From assembly GCA_031835245.2 (NCBI GenBank), contig JAVKOQ020000018.1, positions 310,001 through 359,051 on the forward strand: a stretch of 49,051 nucleotides of DNA, read 5' to 3'. The position numbers and the translations under genes were made by a program. The notes beneath the pieces were generated by a model. That model had not been told where the DNA came from. It searched no databases and was given only the letters and a program-made list of their open reading frames with translations. This DNA is from Balamuthia mandrillaris (taxonomy: Eukaryota). Shown here piece by piece: positions 47,914 to 49,051 of this stretch (its first letter is position 1; each line of letters opens with the position of its first letter).

Positions 47914-49051
47914 AAGGCCAGTGAGGGAACAACCCAATGGATATCAACTCATTGTATGCAGAGAAAAGACCTTTGATAGAATGAAAGAAAGAAATATAAA
48001 TACAAGGAGAGATAGGGATAGGGGTGCACATATACACACTTCCTTTGTTGCTTTTCCTCTATTTAAACATGTGTGCACACTTCCTTTCTTTTCTTCTATT
48101 TGCACATATATGTGCACTTTCTTTCTTTCTTTCTATTTGTGTAATTTACTAAATTTTTGGATGATTTTCCTCATCTCATATCCCCTTGCCATTGGGAAAT
48201 TGTCATTTGTAGAATACTGTTTATGTCACTGCATCAAAGGTGTTGGCTACAATAAGTCCTTTAGAAGAACAAGAGGAAGATGTGAAAGAAAACAAGGGCA
48301 GGGAAGTGGACAAGGAACAGAACAAGGACAAAGAAGCAAATAGGAAAAAAGATAATGTAGATACTAAAGAAAAAGAAAAGAAAGGTAAATGACCAACAAA
48401 GCAAAGTCAGGAAAAAAAAACCAATACAAGAAAAATAAGCATTATTATTACAAAAATTCTAATTTTGATATAAAGAAAGAGGCCTACAGCAAAGAGGGGT
48501 GTTGATGGAGAATAACCCTGCGGATCAAGAAAGGGACGGCATGTAAGCGACTCTGGGTTTATTTACATGAAAAAGGGGTATGGACCAAAGTGTGTGCTTT
48601 GCATGTGTCACAAGAAAAAAGGGAAAATAAAAAGGGGTAAGAGAATTTGGGGTATCCAGGGAGTGTTGACAGCAAGTCATAATGACGTGAATTGTTGGTT
48701 TTCCAACAGGGGAAAAGGCACTTTTTGGTAGTGACCAGAAGCACTAGCAATGAAGGGAAAAAATGACCACTTTATAACACAGTTTGTGTTATCATATTCA
48801 AGTCAACAACATCTCATAAAAGTTTATATCATTACTTTAATAAGTTACATCTGCTTCAACTTTAAACAAAAAGGACCCACATTATAAATCCCTTCAAAAA
48901 GCATTACAACAACAGAAAAAATGATAAAAAAGAATAAAAAAAATGTGATAGTCATCATTAAGGTAAACAAGGTTAATTATTCTTAACCTTCACTTTATAA
49001 ATTTTGTTTTTTAAAGTATTTTAGAAACACCTGTTGCAAGAAATATATTTC

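Noticed and set aside
48559..48750. CDTCK in a short minus-strand ORF as the integrase HHCC zinc finger
   Set aside because: Spacing to the integrase core fragment is too long and the His pair is not convincingly present.

Overview
Gene-dense, intron-rich eukaryotic genomic DNA with GT-AG introns of about 60-150 bp, many carrying (CT)n tracts. Gene content and style suggest a free-living protist, probably amoebozoan; this is inference and not provable from the window. I read 17 protein-coding genes: a RasGAP (3' part only), a PRXL2/SelU-like redoxin, a saposin-like secreted protein, a LIMK/TESK-like kinase fused to an ADF-H domain, a Bax inhibitor-1 family protein, ATM/Tel1, TRAPPC13, a YegS/DgkB-type lipid kinase, a GalT-like nucleotidyltransferase, an RluA/RluC pseudouridine synthase, a homeodomain protein, a THUMP methyltransferase, a BP74-like secreted protein, two paralogous zf-4CXXC_R1-like zinc-finger proteins, BtaA and an Eaf7/MRGBP-like protein. 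The window ends in an AT-rich, CpG-poor stretch with a decayed Ty3/gypsy-type integrase fragment. The strongest hidden signal is an in-frame TGA at the redox motif of the PRXL2-like gene (FLRNFA-U-FAC, a UxxC motif), which the ORF track breaks, plus a SECIS-like stem-loop with atypical features in its 3' UTR: a probable tail-anchored selenoprotein. Exon boundaries were placed by eye and family calls come from motif recognition, not database searches.
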